From Mesotaenium endlicherianum (Eukaryota), in contig WELA01001870.1 in NCBI GenBank assembly GCA_009602735.1, positions 249,399 to 313,398 of the forward strand: a stretch of 64,000 nt of DNA. Reading direction: 5' to 3'. This document shows, in pieces, positions 62,321-64,000 of this stretch. The notes under the pieces were generated by a model. That model did not search any database, was not told where the DNA came from, and saw only the letters and a program-made list of their open reading frames with translations. The translations under genes were made by a program, and so were the position numbers. How positions within the stretch are numbered: position 1 is the first letter of the stretch; every line of letters begins with the position of its first letter.

Positions 62321-64000
62321 GTGATGTTGTATTGTTGCAAGTATCCGCTCCATCTTGCTTGTCTCCTTGAGAGATACGGCTGCGTCTGGAGGTGCTTTAA
62401 TGCTTCGTGGTTCGTGGTGACCAGTACCTTGCGTCCTTCAACATAGCAGCGCCAAACCTTCAAGGCATGTACAATCGCCAATGCCTCTCGCTCCGTGGTT
62501 GTATAATTTTGCTCGGCTGGATTTAGCTTCCTTGACTCGTAGGCGATGGGCTGCAGTCCCTTGCCTTGGTCTTGAAGCAGGATTGCTCCTATTGCATAGG
62601 AAGATGCATCGGTGATGACGTGGAAGGGCCAATCTGGGTTTGGACTTGGGAGTGTGAGCACTGGGGATGTGGTCAATCTTCGCTTTAACTCTTGAAATGC
62701 CTATTCCTCTTTCTCGGTCCATGTATAAAGCCTGTCCTTCTTGAGTAGATCTGTCAGGGGGGCTGCTATGTGCGAGAAGCCTTGGATGAATTTTCTGTAC
62801 CAATTGGCAAATCCCAAGAATGACTGGAGTTCTTTCTTGGTCGTGGGGGTTGGCCATTCCTCCACCACCGTGGTCTTCTTGGGGTCTATCTTGATGCCAT
62901 CAGCAGTCACGTGGAGACCTAGGAACTCCACTTCTTGTTTGGCAAACTCGCATTTTGACTCCTTCGCAAACAGCTTGTTTTGCTTCAATACTTCAAGGAC
63001 TTCTTTCAAGTGTCTCGCATGCTCTTCAAGGGTCTTGCTGTAGATAAGGATGTCATCGATGAATACCACCACAAATCTGTCCAACATGGGCTGAAATATG
63101 GTGTTCATCATAGTCATGAAAGTTGCTGGCGCGTTGGTGAGTCCAAATGGCAGGACCATGAACTCAAAATGTCCATATCTTGTCCTGAATGCCGTCTTCT
63201 CTATGTCCGGTTCTGCGATGCGAATCTGGTGGTAGCCGCTCCGTAAGTCAATCTTCGTGAAGTACTTGGCTCCAACCAGCCGGTCCATGAGCTCATCCAT
63301 GCGCGGCAGCGGGTATCGATTCTTGATGGTGATCTTGTTGAGGGCGCGATAGTCCACACACATCCTCAAGGTACCATCTTTCTTCTTGACAAATAGCACC
63401 GGGGCTCCAAATGGCGACTTGCTAGGTCGAATGAAGCCATGCTCCAGTAGCTCCTTGATTTGCTTCTTGACTTCGTCTAGCTCCGTGTATGACATTTTGA
63501 ACGTAGGCCGAGAGATGGGCTTGCTTCCGGGCTCCAACTCTATCTTGTGGTCTACGAATCTTTTGGGGGGTAGGCCCTTGGGCAATTCCGGGGAGAACAC
63601 TTCTTTGTAGTCCTCTAAGACTTCTTGTATCTCCTTGGGAACGGGGCTGCCTTCTTGACTCTCGATGTCTTTCTTGATGTCTTTTGGCGTGATCAAGGCC
63701 AAAAGAAGCTCGTGTCCCTTCCTCACAAGTCTCTTGAGTTGGAGGGCGGACAATAGTATCTCGTGTGCCGGCTTCTGGATGTCTTGGGTCTGGATATTCT
63801 GGATTGCGCGCAAAATACAGATTCTTGAAGTGATGTCATTCTTGATCTTGATAGTACCGGTCCTCCAATCAACTTGGGGGTTGTGCTTGGTCAACCAAGG
63901 CGTCCCTAGGATGACGTCGTACTTGCCCAATTGCATGGGGGAGAACACTACTCTATCCTTGAAGGACTTGATAGAGAGTGCCAAGGGGTACGTCTTCTTG
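62321..64000 (-). mobile_element. Second, slightly diverged PR-RT-RNase H copy in direct tandem (period 1805 bp) with a premature stop
   Basis: Near-identical to ~60516-62195 with substitutions (KKPARELL vs [15 protein letters not shown] vs VVVFIDD) and a GAG->TAG at 62701-62703. It runs off the window end. Confidence 0.93.

Noticed and set aside
62321..62353. '[11 protein letters not shown]' as the true N-terminus of pol
   Set aside because: It is the out-of-frame RNase H tail of the upstream duplicate fused at the junction.

Overview
Eukaryotic, intron-rich draft-assembly DNA: GC-rich, with N-gaps, two duplicated contig ends and microsatellite-filled introns. The gene content suggests a streptophyte green alga, probably Zygnematophyceae (inference). 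In order the window holds: the 5' part of a clade-A-like PP2C phosphatase (-); a ~23 kb PIR/SRA1 (CYFIP) SCAR/WAVE-complex gene (-); an MMACHC/CblC-like cobalamin-processing gene (+) head-to-head with PIR; a TSC10/KDSR 3-ketosphinganine reductase (-); a poorly supported unknown gene or pseudogene; an LPR1-type multicopper ferroxidase (-); and a retrotransposon block. That block has a decayed gag (+) and a Ty3/gypsy chromovirus (-) with a 280-bp 3' LTR and an internal 1805-bp PR-RT-RH tandem duplication. The most notable observations are: (i) many introns have C-rich 5' ends and G-rich 3' ends with no polypyrimidine tract, suggesting structure-assisted splicing; (ii) a U12-type AT-AC intron in PIR; (iii) an orphan antisense PATROL1/DUF810 last exon inside a PIR intron; (iv) a B12-chaperone gene in a likely land-plant sister lineage; (v) the LPR1 acidic iron-binding triad is fully conserved. 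Exon coordinates were read by hand from splice sites. Family assignments rest on remembered motifs, not database searches.
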